From assembly GCA_964016885.1 (NCBI GenBank), contig OZ024741.1:308698001-308762000 (forward strand): DNA of 64,000 bases, in the 5' to 3' direction. The translations under genes and the position numbers were made by a program. Source of the stretch: Eledone cirrhosa (lineage: Eukaryota). How positions within the stretch are numbered: the first letter of the stretch is position 1; every line of letters starts with the position of its first letter. Positions 45,011 through 60,771 of the stretch are shown one piece after another. The notes under the pieces were generated by a model that searched no databases, had not been told where the DNA came from, and was given only the letters and a program-made list of their open reading frames with translations.

Positions 45011-45171
45011 ACAAAGGAAATGTGGTAACGAACCAGATAGACCATAACGCACCAGAGTACTCAATACTTAGGGTAGTAGAGTGGGAAATAGAAAAAAGTA
45101 TGACCCCGACGGCAGAGCTCAAGCCGTTTCGACGGCTATTTCTGGACTCCATACTTTTTCACATATATATA

Positions 45172-45228
<57 letters not shown>

Positions 45229-45311
45229 GTTATTCCGGGTTGAGTCGGAGGTAACCACAGTAAGTAAGGTACTCAATACATTGCAGAGTATAAAAGTTTT
45301 AATATAGATGA

Positions 45312-45360
45312 GATTCTACAGGACTAGAACTGTTTCATTCTTTAGAAATCATCAGGAATC
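45312..45360 (-). ncRNA. Type I hammerhead ribozyme (family B, best copy)
   Basis: GATTC CTGATGA T TTC TAAA GAA T GAAA CAG TTCTAGTC CTG TA GAATC; GUA cleavage triplet. Confidence 0.8.
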
Positions 45361-45819
45361 TATATATATATATATATATATATTTTCAAAGCCTTTTAAA
45401 CTGTATGTTATTACTCTGAGGTTTTATACCTTGTCGAGTGCTTGGCTGTGCTTCTGAATGCATTCGTCGAATATGGTGTACTTCCATTTGTATATATATA
45501 TATATATATATACGTATGTACGTATGTACGTATGTATGTATGTATGTATGTATGTATATATATTATAGGGTTTTTTTTGCCTTACAGTTATCAACAGGGT
45601 AAAAGATTAACCTTAGGGCAGAAAGCCCATATAATATTTATACTTTACTCTTTGTAAGTATTAATATACAGTACTAAAATGAATAATCGTCTGACTGGTC
45701 TTAACCAATAACATTCCACACACACATACACACACGCACACATATATATATATACATATATATATATGCAAAAAATATACATATACAACAAATATATATA
45801 TGTATATATACACATATAT

Positions 45820-46090
45820 ATAACAAAGATAGAGTGGTAAGGAACCAGATGGACCATAACGCACCAGAGTACTCGATACTTAGGGTAGTAAAGTGGGTAA
45901 TAGGAAAAGAGTCAGGACCCCGACGGCTGAGCTCCGGCCGTTTCAACAGCTAGATCAGTCTATATATGGTCTGTACCCCTTGATAAGTTCAGCTAGGTCC
46001 CTGCCGTCCTAATACTGCTGGGTTAGTTCGGATCTAGCTGTCGAAAGGGCCGGAGCTCAGCCGTTGGGCTCCTGACTCTTTTCCTACAAG
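45820..46090. mobile_element. Family C hammerhead-bearing element; further copies at about 17170-17290, 28370-28470, 32383-32555, 37381-37545, 40575-40630, 45010-45165, 58025-58095, 59231-59365
   Basis: Shared GGACCATAACGCACCAGAGTACTCAATACTTAGGGTAGTAGAGTGGG and GACGGCTGAGCTC(C/A)(G/A)GCCGTTTC; most copies partly inverted-duplicated and TA-flanked. Confidence 0.7.
45975..46070 (+). ncRNA. Type I hammerhead motif with U3-A8 core TTGATAA (family C)
   Basis: ACCCC TTGATAA GTT CAGCTAGGTCC ... GGATCTAGCTG TC GAAA GGGC cggagctca GCCG TT GGGCT. A sister copy (40575-40612) gives GAAACGGC...GCCGTC GGGGT. Confidence 0.65.
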
Positions 46091-46599
46091 TATATATATG
46101 TGTGTATAACATTTCTACAGAATTTTTCAGGCATTCTGGAGAAAAAGTATGCGTATATTTATGTATGTCTGCAGGGGCCCCGTTTGCCTTAAAAATATGA
46201 GGGGCACAAACCAACATTTGCTAGTTGTTAAAGGAGCATGTTAGTATTGCTTATGGTGCCTTGCCCGGGCCCTATCACATAAGTAAAACTTTACGCTAAT
46301 TAAATTGTATATATTCAAATGAAGTTCAGATATAAAAAAAATAAGCTTAAAAAGAACTTATATCCAATAAACAAAAAATAAAACATAGACGTTTGAAAAT
46401 GTGGGGGTTACTTGTCCCCTGGTACCCCCTGAAACAAGGCCCTTGAATGTATGTAAACAGATGTGCTTATGTGGTTGTATGTATACATATGAATGTATAT
46501 TTGTGTGTGTTTCTGTCAATCAATTCGTAATTAATACATTATGTCGGTGTCATAATTTCTTGCGGATTAACATCAACAATGGATGGGATCATCAATGGA

Positions 46600-46693
<94 letters not shown>

Positions 46694-47120
46694 ACACACA
46701 CACTTATGTGTGTGTGTACGAACGTGTATGTGAGTTGTGCATGTCATTATTAGTACATGGTGCGCAGATACTCAGGGAGATAGAAATAGAGAGGGAGGGG
46801 GATTAATCTGTAAGGTTTTAATGTTTGGTGTGAGAATGCATTAGCACCGACATACATACACATTTAGTGTGTAATAGCAGCGATTACGATGACAATAAAT
46901 ATAGTGATAAATATAGTGATAATTTTCATCATCATCATCATCATTATCGTCATCATAATCCTTTTCATCATCATCATCATCGTGTAGAGTGAGAAAACTA
47001 CTTTATCTCGTATTTCGTAAACAGTTTACTAAGTACTAAGTCTATTTCTGACAAACACGCGACTGTACATATTTTGTATCTGGCATATATATTTATAAAT
47101 GACATAAATACATACATATT

Positions 47121-47155
<35 letters not shown>

Positions 47156-47301
47156 AAGGACATATATACATACATATTATATATATATTTATAAATGACA
47201 TGTATACTTGTATATTATATAGATATAGATATATTTTTAAATAAGATATATACATACATATATATATGGCATATATATGTATAACTGACATAAATACATA
47301 C

Positions 47302-47374
<73 letters not shown>

Positions 47375-47457
47375 GAAAAGTATAGAAATTATTGTGAGCA
47401 AGAAGCCAACAACAGTATTTCATTATATATATATATATATATATAAAAATGACATAT

Positions 47458-47522
<65 letters not shown>

Positions 47523-47698
47523 AATAACATGTATACATGCATTTTATATATATATATATATATATAAATATAAATATTTATAAATGACATATATAAATAC
47601 ATATTTTATAAATATATATGTATAAATAACATGTATACATGCATTTTATATATATATATAAATATTTATAAATGACATATATACATACATATTATATA

Positions 47699-47775
<77 letters not shown>

Positions 47776-47901
47776 CTGACATGTATACATGCATATTATA
47801 TATATATATATATATGTTTATTTGTATATATATATATGTGTTTATATGAGTTTCAGAAGATCCCGTTAAGGGTGAAATTAGCGATTCTATGTTTATATGT
47901 T

Positions 47902-47974
<73 letters not shown>

Positions 47975-47989
47975 GTGTATATATATATG

Positions 47990-48035
<46 letters not shown>

Positions 48036-48116
48036 CATATATATATATACATATATATATGTGTATATATATATATATATATGTGTATATATATATGTAT
48101 ATATATATATGTATAT

Positions 48117-48147
<31 letters not shown>

Positions 48148-48343
48148 CATAGACACATACATATACACATACATATATATATATACATATATATATATTC
48201 ATACATATAACATATATATATATACATTAATATATATATATATACACACATATATGCATTATATATACATACATATATATACATATATGCATTATATACA
48301 TATATAATATATACATATATGGATTATATACATATAAACATAC

Positions 48344-48424
<81 letters not shown>

Positions 48425-48549
48425 CATATATATACATATATGTATATATATACATATATACATATATATATGTATATATGTATATACATATATACATATA
48501 TATGTATATATATATGTATATACATATATATATATATACACACACACAC

Positions 48550-48586
<37 letters not shown>

Positions 48587-48894
48587 CATACATACATATA
48601 TAACTACATATATACATACATATATACATACGTATATACATACACATATATATACATATATACATATATATATATGAATATATATGCATATATATACATA
48701 TATATATACACATTTATATATATATATATATACACATTTATATATATACATACATATATATGCATATGTATACACACACTTATATATATATATATATATA
48801 TACCTGGAGTTGCGACCGGTAGATAGTATTAGCAATTGGAAAGACCAATGGAAACATTGTTTCCACGGTCCGATTTGACGAAAGTCGATCGTTC

Positions 48895-48949
<55 letters not shown>

Positions 48950-49170
48950 CATACATATATATACATATATATACAATATATATTTATACATATAGTATGT
49001 TCTATATTCCTGTATAGAGATATATGCCGTGTGTATAAGTGTATAACCTTATATTCCTGTATAAAGTTAAAACACTTTAACTAAGCCATGGGCATTCATA
49101 CCTGTATATATAGAGGCTTGCTTGCACAAAATGAAGTACCCCTAGGCACGCGCGCGCATGTGTGTATATA

Positions 49171-49208
<38 letters not shown>

Positions 49209-49215
<7 letters not shown>

Positions 49216-49558
49216 GTGAGGTTTTTTTTACAAAATGAAAAATAACCGAGGTGTCCTACACGAGTGAAAGTATAAAGAAAAAGAGATGAAATCGAAAATG
49301 CAACTGGAGTCTTATTTTTTTTTTAAATATATATATTTATTTGGTTCCTTTACCGGTTTCGCAGTTCTTCTGCTTTTCAAAAGGTGAGTTGAGATGGAGG
49401 GTCTGTGGTTTTTCTCACATCTTTTGAAACTCCATCTCAACTCACCTTTTGAAAAGCAGAAGAACTGCGAAACCGGTAAAGGAACCAAATAAATATATAT
49501 ATTTTTAAAAAAAATAAGACTCCAGTTGCATTTTCGATTTCATCTCTTTTTCTTTATA
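49209..49558. mobile_element. Family D element with about 129-bp inverted arms (49271-49399 / 49430-49558)
   Basis: Near-perfect reverse-complement arms, (TA)n on both sides, hammerhead in each arm. Confidence 0.75.
49445..49482 (+). ncRNA. Type I hammerhead motif with U3-A8 core TTGAAAA (family D); mirror copy at 49347-49384 on the minus strand
   Basis: CCTT TTGAAAA GCAG AAGAA CTGC GAAA CCGG TA AAGG; degenerate relatives at about 16785-16822 (+), 17079-17117 (-) and 50733-50768 (-). Confidence 0.72.
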
Positions 49559-49784
49559 TATATATATATTTGCTTTTATCCTTCTATGTTGTTCACTTGT
49601 CCCCCTCGCTTTACGCGATTTACTGGTCCCAATAACTTTTTTTAGTTATTGCTCGCACCAACCTGACGTATATGATTTTTAATGCGATGAAATACCAATG
49701 ATGGTTGTAAAGTCACTGACGAAGGACTATTGTTATCATATGTAACCTATGTGCAACCACGCATTATTCTTCTTTCTTCTCATG

Positions 49785-49876
<92 letters not shown>

Positions 49877-49918
49877 GAAAACATAAGTCAATTGCATGAA
49901 CTCATAATCCTTTATTTG

Positions 49919-49972
49919 CTGCTATATATATTTCGATGATAGGCATTGAATGACTATGACCTCATCAGGCAG
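49919..49972 (-). ncRNA. Type I hammerhead ribozyme motif
   Basis: CTGC CTGATGA GGTCATAGTCATTCAATGCCTATCATC GAAA TATATA TA GCAG; stem II GGT-ATAG-CAT / ATG-CTAT-ATC. Confidence 0.78.
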
Positions 49973-50804
49973 TTAGTCAGTTCTTAGATATGCCAGCTCT
50001 GTGTTTATAGTGTTGATTGTATCAGAGCCTTGGGACATATATATATATGGACATATATATATATGGACATATATATATACACACAGGTGTGTGGTGTGTG
50101 GAGTCGTAAGGGCGCTGTCGTGCCATACGGACCCTATTTCCTCTCCATATCTCAGCACAGCTGATTTCTACCATAGAGGACAAGAAAAAAAGGAGTGGGA
50201 AAGAGACATAGAGAAAGAATCGATCCTAGTACTGGACTAATGCTTCCTTCCACCAGTCAATTAGATGAGAAGTAAATCTGATCAGAGCTGGATTTGAACT
50301 CAGAGCGTTGAGAGCCGGGACAATACCACCTCTCATTCAATCTGGGGCTCTTTATATATATATATATATATATCGACAGTCGATCGACTTTCGTCAAATC
50401 GGACCGAGGAAACAATGTTTCCGTTGGTCTTTCCAATTGCTAGTACTCTCTATCGGTCGCAACTCCAGGTAGAAGGAGAAACGTGAAATAAAGTGTCTTG
50501 CTCAAGGACATAACGCATCGCCCGGTCCGGGAATCGAACTCACAACCTCACGATTAGGAATCCAATTCTCTAACCACTCGGCCACACGTTTACCAATATA
50601 TATATATATTTATATATATATTGGTAAACGGAAAAGAAAATGCTGACAAATTGTTCACAGTGAAAAATAGTTTAATTAGGAATAAGTGAGAATTAGTAAT
50701 AGTATTGGTTAGTATTCAGTTTTGGTTTTAAGTTTTACCGGTTGCGCATTTCTAATGCTTTTCAAAAATAATTTTGAGATAGAGCGTCCGTGATGTTTGT
50801 CTAA

Positions 50805-50900
<96 letters not shown>

Positions 50901-51499
50901 ATATACATATATATTGTTTCAAATTTATAGATATGAGAAGCACAAATATCATACATAATTGATATATTATAATACCTCAAAATTGTATATATATATATAT
51001 ATATATTCACATCTTACGTCCTCTTTTTCCCTGCTTGCATATATATTTAATGTGTTCGTATCTCTTTATCTTAGCTGATTACTATTCAACATTGTTATTA
51101 TATATTTAATCATCAATTGATAATCATTATTAATTATGGATTATCATCACCTTTAATTACATGGATGCAGACACGGCCGTGTGGTTTAAGAATTTCGCTT
51201 CGCTATCGCTTGTAACCAGGTTTGATCCCACTATTCAGTAATTTGGCGAAATGTTTTGTGCCTTCTGGCCCAACCATGGGACCACTTACGAGCGAAATTT
51301 TATAGAAGGGAACATGTGAAAGTTCGTATGATGGAGCTATAACCTTCTTTGTTCCTCATACGGTGAACTGGCCTAGTCCTTGGAGCGCAAGAGGGATCCG
51401 TAACATTTTAAGCCAAGAGGAGCCTAACTACTCCCACGACCTGTGAACACAGCCGACTTGTTCCTGAGAGGAAGTGAGAAAGAGATATGGAGAAAGAAT

Positions 51500-52075
51500 C
51501 GACCGAATACTGAACTGGTATACTCTTTTATCGACCTTGAAATAATTGTTTCTACTTTTGGCACAAGGCCAGCAATTATCCTAGTGTATTACTGGTGCTT
51601 TATTTTATCGACCCCGTAAGGATGAAAGGCAAAGTTAACCTCGGCGGGATTTGAACTCAGAACATAAAGGGCCGTAATTCTTTGATATAAAGCTTGGCGT
51701 CAGACTCTCATGAATGACAAAGTTGACCTCGGCGGGATTTGAACTCAGAGAGCCGGAACGAATACCGCAGAGCATTCTATCTGACAAGACCGACAATTCG
51801 CCGCCGTGTGACATAATACTTTGCGGAATTTGTCTCCCTGCTCTCAGAGTTCACCCCCAACGAGGCCTCCTTGCTTTTGATTAAATATAATTGTTTCTAC
51901 GTTTGGCACAAGGCCAGCAATTAACCAGTGCATTACTGGTACTTTATTTTATCGACCCCGTAAGGATAAAAGGCAAAGTTAACCTCGGCGGAATTTGAAC
52001 TCAGAATGGCAAGGGCCGTAACTCTATACGTCAAAGCATGGTGTCCGACCCTCTACCGATACTGCCAATCCACCG
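51500..52075 (-). mobile_element. Cluster of nested SINE family A copies
   Basis: Three partial or complete reverse-strand copies. Confidence 0.8.
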
Positions 52076-52659
52076 AATACCAGTTCAGAACGGAATTGTT
52101 AGAGCGTAATACAAAATGTCTTGCGATGCTTGCATCACCAATTTGCGTGAATGCAAACCCTTCTCTTCCCTACTTGGGTGAAGAGACTTTATCTGTTTGC
52201 CCGGTTAAACACTCTCTACACTGGCGTTTGGATGAAGTCCATCCCGTGGCGAGTATTCAGAGCATGCTATGTACCATGTTAGACGATATCTTCCTTTTAC
52301 CCTCTAGACAACAGTCCTTTCGCTCCTGATGAATCAGTAAAAAAATTTAAAAACAACACTAATGAATAAATATAATCTGTCGCCTGTTCTCAGCTAAAAA
52401 GCGTACCCTGGCCCTTAACTGCTGTTGCAAGGATTCAAAAAAGTGACTGGATAATTTATTAATTCCTCTTTTCCCCATATTAATTGTTGTTATTGTGGTA
52501 GTAGTGATGATTGCTGTGTAGCTCTGCCCCGCGATAGAATAAACCTTAAATCAAACCCATTCCATTAATGACCATCTCATTAATAATTTTCACATAAATC
52601 TCACAAAGATTGACGAGTAATTTTCATTCTTTAATTATTTAACTGGCTTTCTGATATTG

Positions 52660-53120
52660 GGGACTGAGTGAACGACATCGTGACGGGATGCATAGCCAAG
52701 TGCGAGTGGAGGGACAGAGTGAGTGACGCTATGGCGAGACGAATAACCGTTTATAGGTAGGGGTGGTGTGAGGATTGTGGATTGACTGAGTGACGATGTC
52801 ATTACAGAGTGCATACCCTCGTTAGTACTGGTGAAAGAGGGCTGGAGTGAACGACATTATGTGGGGTCGCCGAGGTTAACTTTGCCTTTCATCTTTACGA
52901 GGGTCGATAAAATAAAGTACCAGTAATGCACTAGGTTATTGCTGGCCTTGTGCCAAAAGAAGAAACAATTATGTGGGGACGTATAGCTATTTACGGGTAG
53001 GTGTAAGGGTGGTTGGGGACTAAGTGAGTGACGTCATAACAAAACGCATAGACTTCTACGTAGGGAGCTGGGTGACTGACGTCATGACATGGCCTTGTGC
53101 GGGTTAGGATTGGATGGGTT

Positions 53121-53156
<36 letters not shown>

Positions 53157-53352
53157 CTGAGTGAATGACATCATGACGAGACGCATAGCCTGCTATGGCT
53201 GGGTAGATGGATGGGAGTACCTGGACAGAATGAGCTCATGAGAGAGTGCATTGACCTTTTACAGGTGGGCCGTCATAGAGAGAATGAGGTGCCATTGACC
53301 ATTTACGGGTGAAGGTTAGCGAAAACTGAGTGACGTCATGACGGTTTACGTC
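52660..53352 (+). repeat. Degenerate tandem repeat (about 10 units, 50-70 bp) with TGACGTCA motifs
   Basis: Recurrent GGACTGAGTGA(A/G)(C/T)GAC(A/G)TCATGAC...GCATAG units; exact TGACGTCA at 53029, 53077 and 53331. Confidence 0.75.
52867..52967 (+). mobile_element. 5'-truncated SINE family A with 11-bp target-site duplication ATTATGTGGGG
   Basis: Identical ATTATGTGGGG at 52856-52866 and 52968-52978. Confidence 0.85.
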
Positions 53353-54039
53353 ACCTTCTAGGGGAGGGTGAAGGCCGGGGGAGATCAATTTCTATTAATA
53401 CACATATTTTATAGACAGGTACTCTCGGGTCTCGAATAATCCCCCCCCCCCCCACCACCACCACCACCACCACCGCAACCACGCTCGTATTCCCCCACCC
53501 ACCCACTTATTACGTTTTGCTAATCTATCTCCGGCAAAATTATATTTTAAGTGGTAGCATTCCTGCGATAATTAATTTTCTTTAGACATCAAAAAACATA
53601 CATGGCGAAAGATAACATTTCTAGAAATCTCATACGTTATAAAATAAATAGGACGAGTTGGGGGGGTTCTTAATATACATAAACTAAACAAATAAATCAA
53701 CGAAGACAACCTAGAAAAATTAGCGACCCCCACCTTATTCCTATACCGACTACTTATTCCATGCCCCCCCCCCTACTTTGTTCCTATACCGACTACTTAT
53801 TCCATGCCCCACCCACCCCCACCCCATACAGACACACCCCGACCCACAGATAATTTGGGACCTGAAAGTATATATTTTAACGAGATCTGGCTGATACAAG
53901 ATACACAAACTCAGTGGAATATTTGAACTGGGAACCGATGTTAGTATTTTATAGCAACAGATTAACAACAATCCAGGATGCATGGTTAAGTAAAGGCAGT
54001 TCAGTTCTTCCATGTCCAACACAATTTTGGTTCATCCTC

Positions 54040-55335
<1,296 letters not shown>

Positions 55336-55801
55336 TTATAATTTATATGCATACACACAGAGAGGAAACCAATCGAATTAGAAGAGGATCAATATAATTA
55401 ACTGAACTGTGACCCTCACCTCCAAATTGTTCGCCCTTGTGTCCAGTGTCAGGGAAAACCATTAAAATCGTCTTGTTTGTAGTCAATGCGCAATTTATGT
55501 AGATGAAGACAGATTTTTAATTAACGGAGCTCCCTAAAACTAGAGTCTGGCGTTGGATTTGGCGATTCTTATAAAACGGGATCAAGTCAATTGACTTCCT
55601 ACTGTCTATTGTATAGATTTTAATGAATTACAGAGACAGAGGTGGTGAGAAGTAGTATGGGAACGGGTGGTTGTATATGGGGTTGTGAGAGGCGTTATAA
55701 CATAATATACATAAATACATCATACGCTTATACGCAAACTCTCGTTTCATGTGTTATCTATGTAGAAAGTGTGTATTAATATATATACACACACACACAC
55801 A

Positions 55802-55886
<85 letters not shown>

Positions 55887-56128
55887 TTGCATATATGTAT
55901 GTATATATATATATATATATATATAAAGAGAGAGATAAATAGGTAATTATACAGGGTGAGAGCGGATTTTGAGGACATACTTGGTAATTTAATAAAATAA
56001 TTAAGTGTCCATTATATATATTTACATATTATACACACAGAGACATATATATTTATATATATATATATACATGTGTGTGCATTTGTATGTATATATATAT
56101 GTATCTGTTTTTATGTTTACATTTGTGC

Positions 56129-56165
<37 letters not shown>

Positions 56166-56283
56166 TATATATAAATATGCGTGTGTGTGTGTATTATTTA
56201 AGTATGTGTGTGCATGTGTATGTATATATGCATACATCTAAACAAGCATACAAATATGTGGATGGGTGTTTTTACAATATACA

Positions 56284-56337
<54 letters not shown>

Positions 56338-56497
56338 CATGTATATTGTAAAAAAACACACCCAAACAGTGAGTGTCAGTGAGTGTCAGTGAGTGTGTTC
56401 TTTTATTAATTCTGGCAATATTATTACACAAATATGACCCTCCCCAAGTATAACAATATTTGTTTCGACACACGATTTCATATCAAAAACCTCGCAA

Positions 56498-56554
<57 letters not shown>

Positions 56555-56559
56555 CACAC

Positions 56560-56611
<52 letters not shown>

Positions 56612-57182
56612 TGATTGAAAACCATCAGAACGTTTTGTAAATTGAAGTTTTTAGAAAAAGTAGAAATCTCAAACGCAAAAAATAAATGTAACCACAAACG
56701 TTTGCTAAAAATGATAGCTTAGAAAACCAGACAATACCCCTATTCACGAGAAAAATTGGCCAGCAGCCGGTAGGAAGGATCGAACTTCTTAACTATCAAG
56801 GCCGGATTTTCAGAGGTACAGTAGTGGCTACTGACCTCCTTTTTGCTCCGTCTTTAGTGGCATTTTAAGCTATCGAGTTCAAATCCCGCCGAGGGTAACT
56901 TTGCCTTTCATCCTTACGGGGTGGATATAATAAAGTACCAGTAATGTACTGGAATATTGCTGGCCTTGTGCCAAAAGTAGACACAATATTTATAGCAACC
57001 AATTATGGTTACAGTGGATTTCGGCAGGGTTTCAACTCAATACTAAACACTTCTCAAAGTATTGAAGTATTCAACAGAATCTGTAATATAATCGTCTCCC
57101 CACAGCCCCGGCGGACAGAATAGAAAAGGCGTTTCTCCGGGGGACGGCATTTTTGTATTTGAGATTCTACATTTTTTTCAGA

Positions 57183-57213
<31 letters not shown>

Positions 57214-57303
57214 AAAGTATGTCCATAGAATCATTTGATAAAATATATACACCATTTCCTCTCCTATATATATATATATATATATATGTTATATATATAT
57301 ATA

Positions 57304-57335
<32 letters not shown>

Positions 57336-57365
57336 ATATATATATATATAATATATATATATATA

Positions 57366-57406
<41 letters not shown>

Positions 57407-57484
57407 TATATATAATATATATATATATATAATATATATAATATATATATATATATAATATATATAATATATATTATATATATA

Positions 57485-57531
<47 letters not shown>

Positions 57532-57560
57532 TAATATATATATATATATATAATATATAT

Positions 57561-57608
<48 letters not shown>

Positions 57609-57637
57609 TAATATATATATATATATATAATATATAT

Positions 57638-57757
<120 letters not shown>

Positions 57758-58199
57758 CTGGTTTTTACTGAATCCATCCATTCTGATTTATTATATATAT
57801 ATATGTGCGGTGGATTGGCAGTATCGGTAGAGGGTCGGACGCTATGCTTTGACGTACAGAGTTACGGCCCTTGCCATTCGGAGTTCGAATCCCGCCGAGG
57901 TTAACTTTGCCTTTCATCCTTACGGGGTGGATAAAATAAAGTACCAGTAATGTACTGGGTAATTGCTGGCCTTGTGCCAAAAAGTAGAAACAATTATATA
58001 TATATATATATATATAATATATCAGAATGGAAGCGGTAAAAACCAGTTAGACCATTACTCACCAGAGTACAAGATACTTGGGGTAGTAGAGTAATATGAA
58101 TATATACACAGATATATATATATTGTATACATAAAAGTATTATATTAGTGTGTGTGTGTGTGCGTGTGTGTATAATATATTATATCAAGATTGAACAAG

Positions 58200-58880
58200 T
58201 ATTAAACTAGATGACCCCAGTATTTGACTGGTACTTTATTTTATCGATCCCGGAAAAATGTGAGGCAAAACTGGCCTCAGCTTCATTTGAACTCAGAACT
58301 GAAAAAACCCGGAATCCCCCATCTCAGTAATAATAGTGATTTCTTATATAGGCACAAGGCTAATAATTTGGGGGAGGGGGAAGTCGATTAAATCGACCCC
58401 AGTGCATTACTGGTGCTTTATTGTATCGATCCCGTAAGGATGAAAGGCAAAGATAACTTCGGCAGGATTTTAACCCAGATCGTAAAGGGCTATAACCTTC
58501 TGCCGCAAAGCATTGTGTCTGACTCTCTACCGATACTGCCAAATAATAATTATTTCTACTTTTGGCACAAGGCCAGCAAATACCCAGTACATTACTGGTA
58601 CTTTCTTTTATCAACCCCGTAAGGATGAAAGGCAAAGTTAACCTCGGCGGGATTCGAACTCAGATCGTAAAGGGACGTAAGTATGCTGGAAAGCATGTCC
58701 GACCCTCTACCGATACTGCCAATCCACCGCCCCATACTGCCATAAATAATAATTGTTTCTACTTTTGGCACAAGGCCAGCAATTCCCCCAGTGCATTGCT
58801 GGTACTTTATTTTATCGACCCGGTAAGGATGAAAGGCAAAGTTAACCTCGACGGGATTTGAACTCAGGCCGTAAAGGAAT
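58200..58880 (-). mobile_element. Head-to-tail array of about four SINE family A copies
   Basis: Repeated GGCACAAGGC...ACTGGTACTTT...GATGAAAGGCAAAG units separated by (AAT)n tails; similar array at 63530-63990. Confidence 0.85.
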
Positions 58881-59637
58881 AATAATAATCAAAACAACAA
58901 CAATAGGGTTTTTAAGAAAAAAAGGTTTAAGTATTTTCTACATGGTGTTCCCACAAAAGGAAGAAAGGTTTTAAAACGTGGTAATATTTGTATGAAATTG
59001 AAATTGTTATGAATGAGTTCACTTTGCCAGGAGCTTAGTTATTGTATCACGTCATTCCTCTTAACACACACACGCAATGTATGCATGTATAATATGTGTG
59101 TGTGCGTCCCTTCATCTTATCATATCTACAAATAGTACGCACGATATATATATTTATACATTGTGTACATTGTTATTTATATATATATATACAAACACAC
59201 ACACACATATATATATATAAATATATATATGAAAGAGTCAGGACCACGACTGCTGAGCTTTTGTCGTTCCATCAGTTAATTCCGAACTAGCAAGAGCTCA
59301 GCCGTCGGGGTCCCGACTCTTTCATATTACCACACTCTTCACAAAGTATCGAGTACTCTGACGGTAAACGGAGGCATGTATATATTTATATATAATATTA
59401 TATATTTATATATAATATACATATATATTTATATATAATATATATATTTATATATAACATATAATAATATATATTTATGTATAACATATAATATATATAT
59501 ATATTCATATATAATATATAATAAATATATATTTATATATAACATATAATAAATATATATTTATATATAACATATAATATATATATTCATATATAATATA
59601 TATATATATATTCATATAATATACATATATATATATT

Positions 59638-59676
<39 letters not shown>

Positions 59677-59926
59677 CAATATATAATATATATATATATT
59701 TATATACAATATATAATATATATATATATTTATATACAATATATAATATATATATATAACATAAAATATATATAAAATATATATAACATAAAATATACAT
59801 AAAATATATATAACAAAATATATATTCATATATAATATATATATATATAACAAAATATATATTCATATATAATATATATATATTTATATATATATATATT
59901 CATATAATATATATATATATATATTC

Positions 59927-59962
<36 letters not shown>

Positions 59963-60030
59963 TATAGATAGATAATATATATGTGTATATTTATATCTAT
60001 ATATAATATATCTATATATAATATATATAT

Positions 60031-60082
<52 letters not shown>

Positions 60083-60258
60083 GAGAGAGAGAGATAATAT
60101 ATATGCGTATATTTATATCTATATATAATATATCTATATATAATATATCTATATATAATATATATATATATATTTATAATATATATATATATATTTATAT
60201 CTATATAATATATATATATATATATATATTTATAATATATATATATATATTTATATCT

Positions 60259-60322
<64 letters not shown>

Positions 60323-60348
60323 AACTAAAGAAATTTTTTTTTATAGCC

Positions 60349-60450
60349 TGATAATGGGGTTTAGAACCCTCAGATGAATGGAAAAAGATGAGTATTGACG
60401 TCAATACTCATCTTTTTCCATTCATCTGAGGGTTCTAAACCCCATTATCA
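60349..60450. repeat. Perfect 102-bp palindrome with no spacer
   Basis: 51-bp arms centred on GAC|GTC at 60399/60400. Confidence 0.9.
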
Positions 60451-60496
60451 AAAATACGGTGAAATATATATATATATGTATATATATATAATATAT

Positions 60497-60539
<43 letters not shown>

Positions 60540-60771
60540 TATATACATATATTATATATATATATATATAGTAATAATAATATTTTCATCTATATATATA
60601 ATATATATATATATATATAATTGTTTCTACTTTAGGCACAAGACCAGCAAATACCCAGCGAATTACTGGTACTTTATTTTATCGATCCCGTAAGGATGAA
60701 AGGCAAAGTCAACCTCGGCGGAATTTGAACTCAGATCGTAAAGGGACGTATGTGAATATATATATATACAG

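Noticed and set aside
52660-53352. CRISPR-like repeat-spacer array
   Set aside because: Eukaryotic context, degenerate repeats, related spacers, no cas genes.
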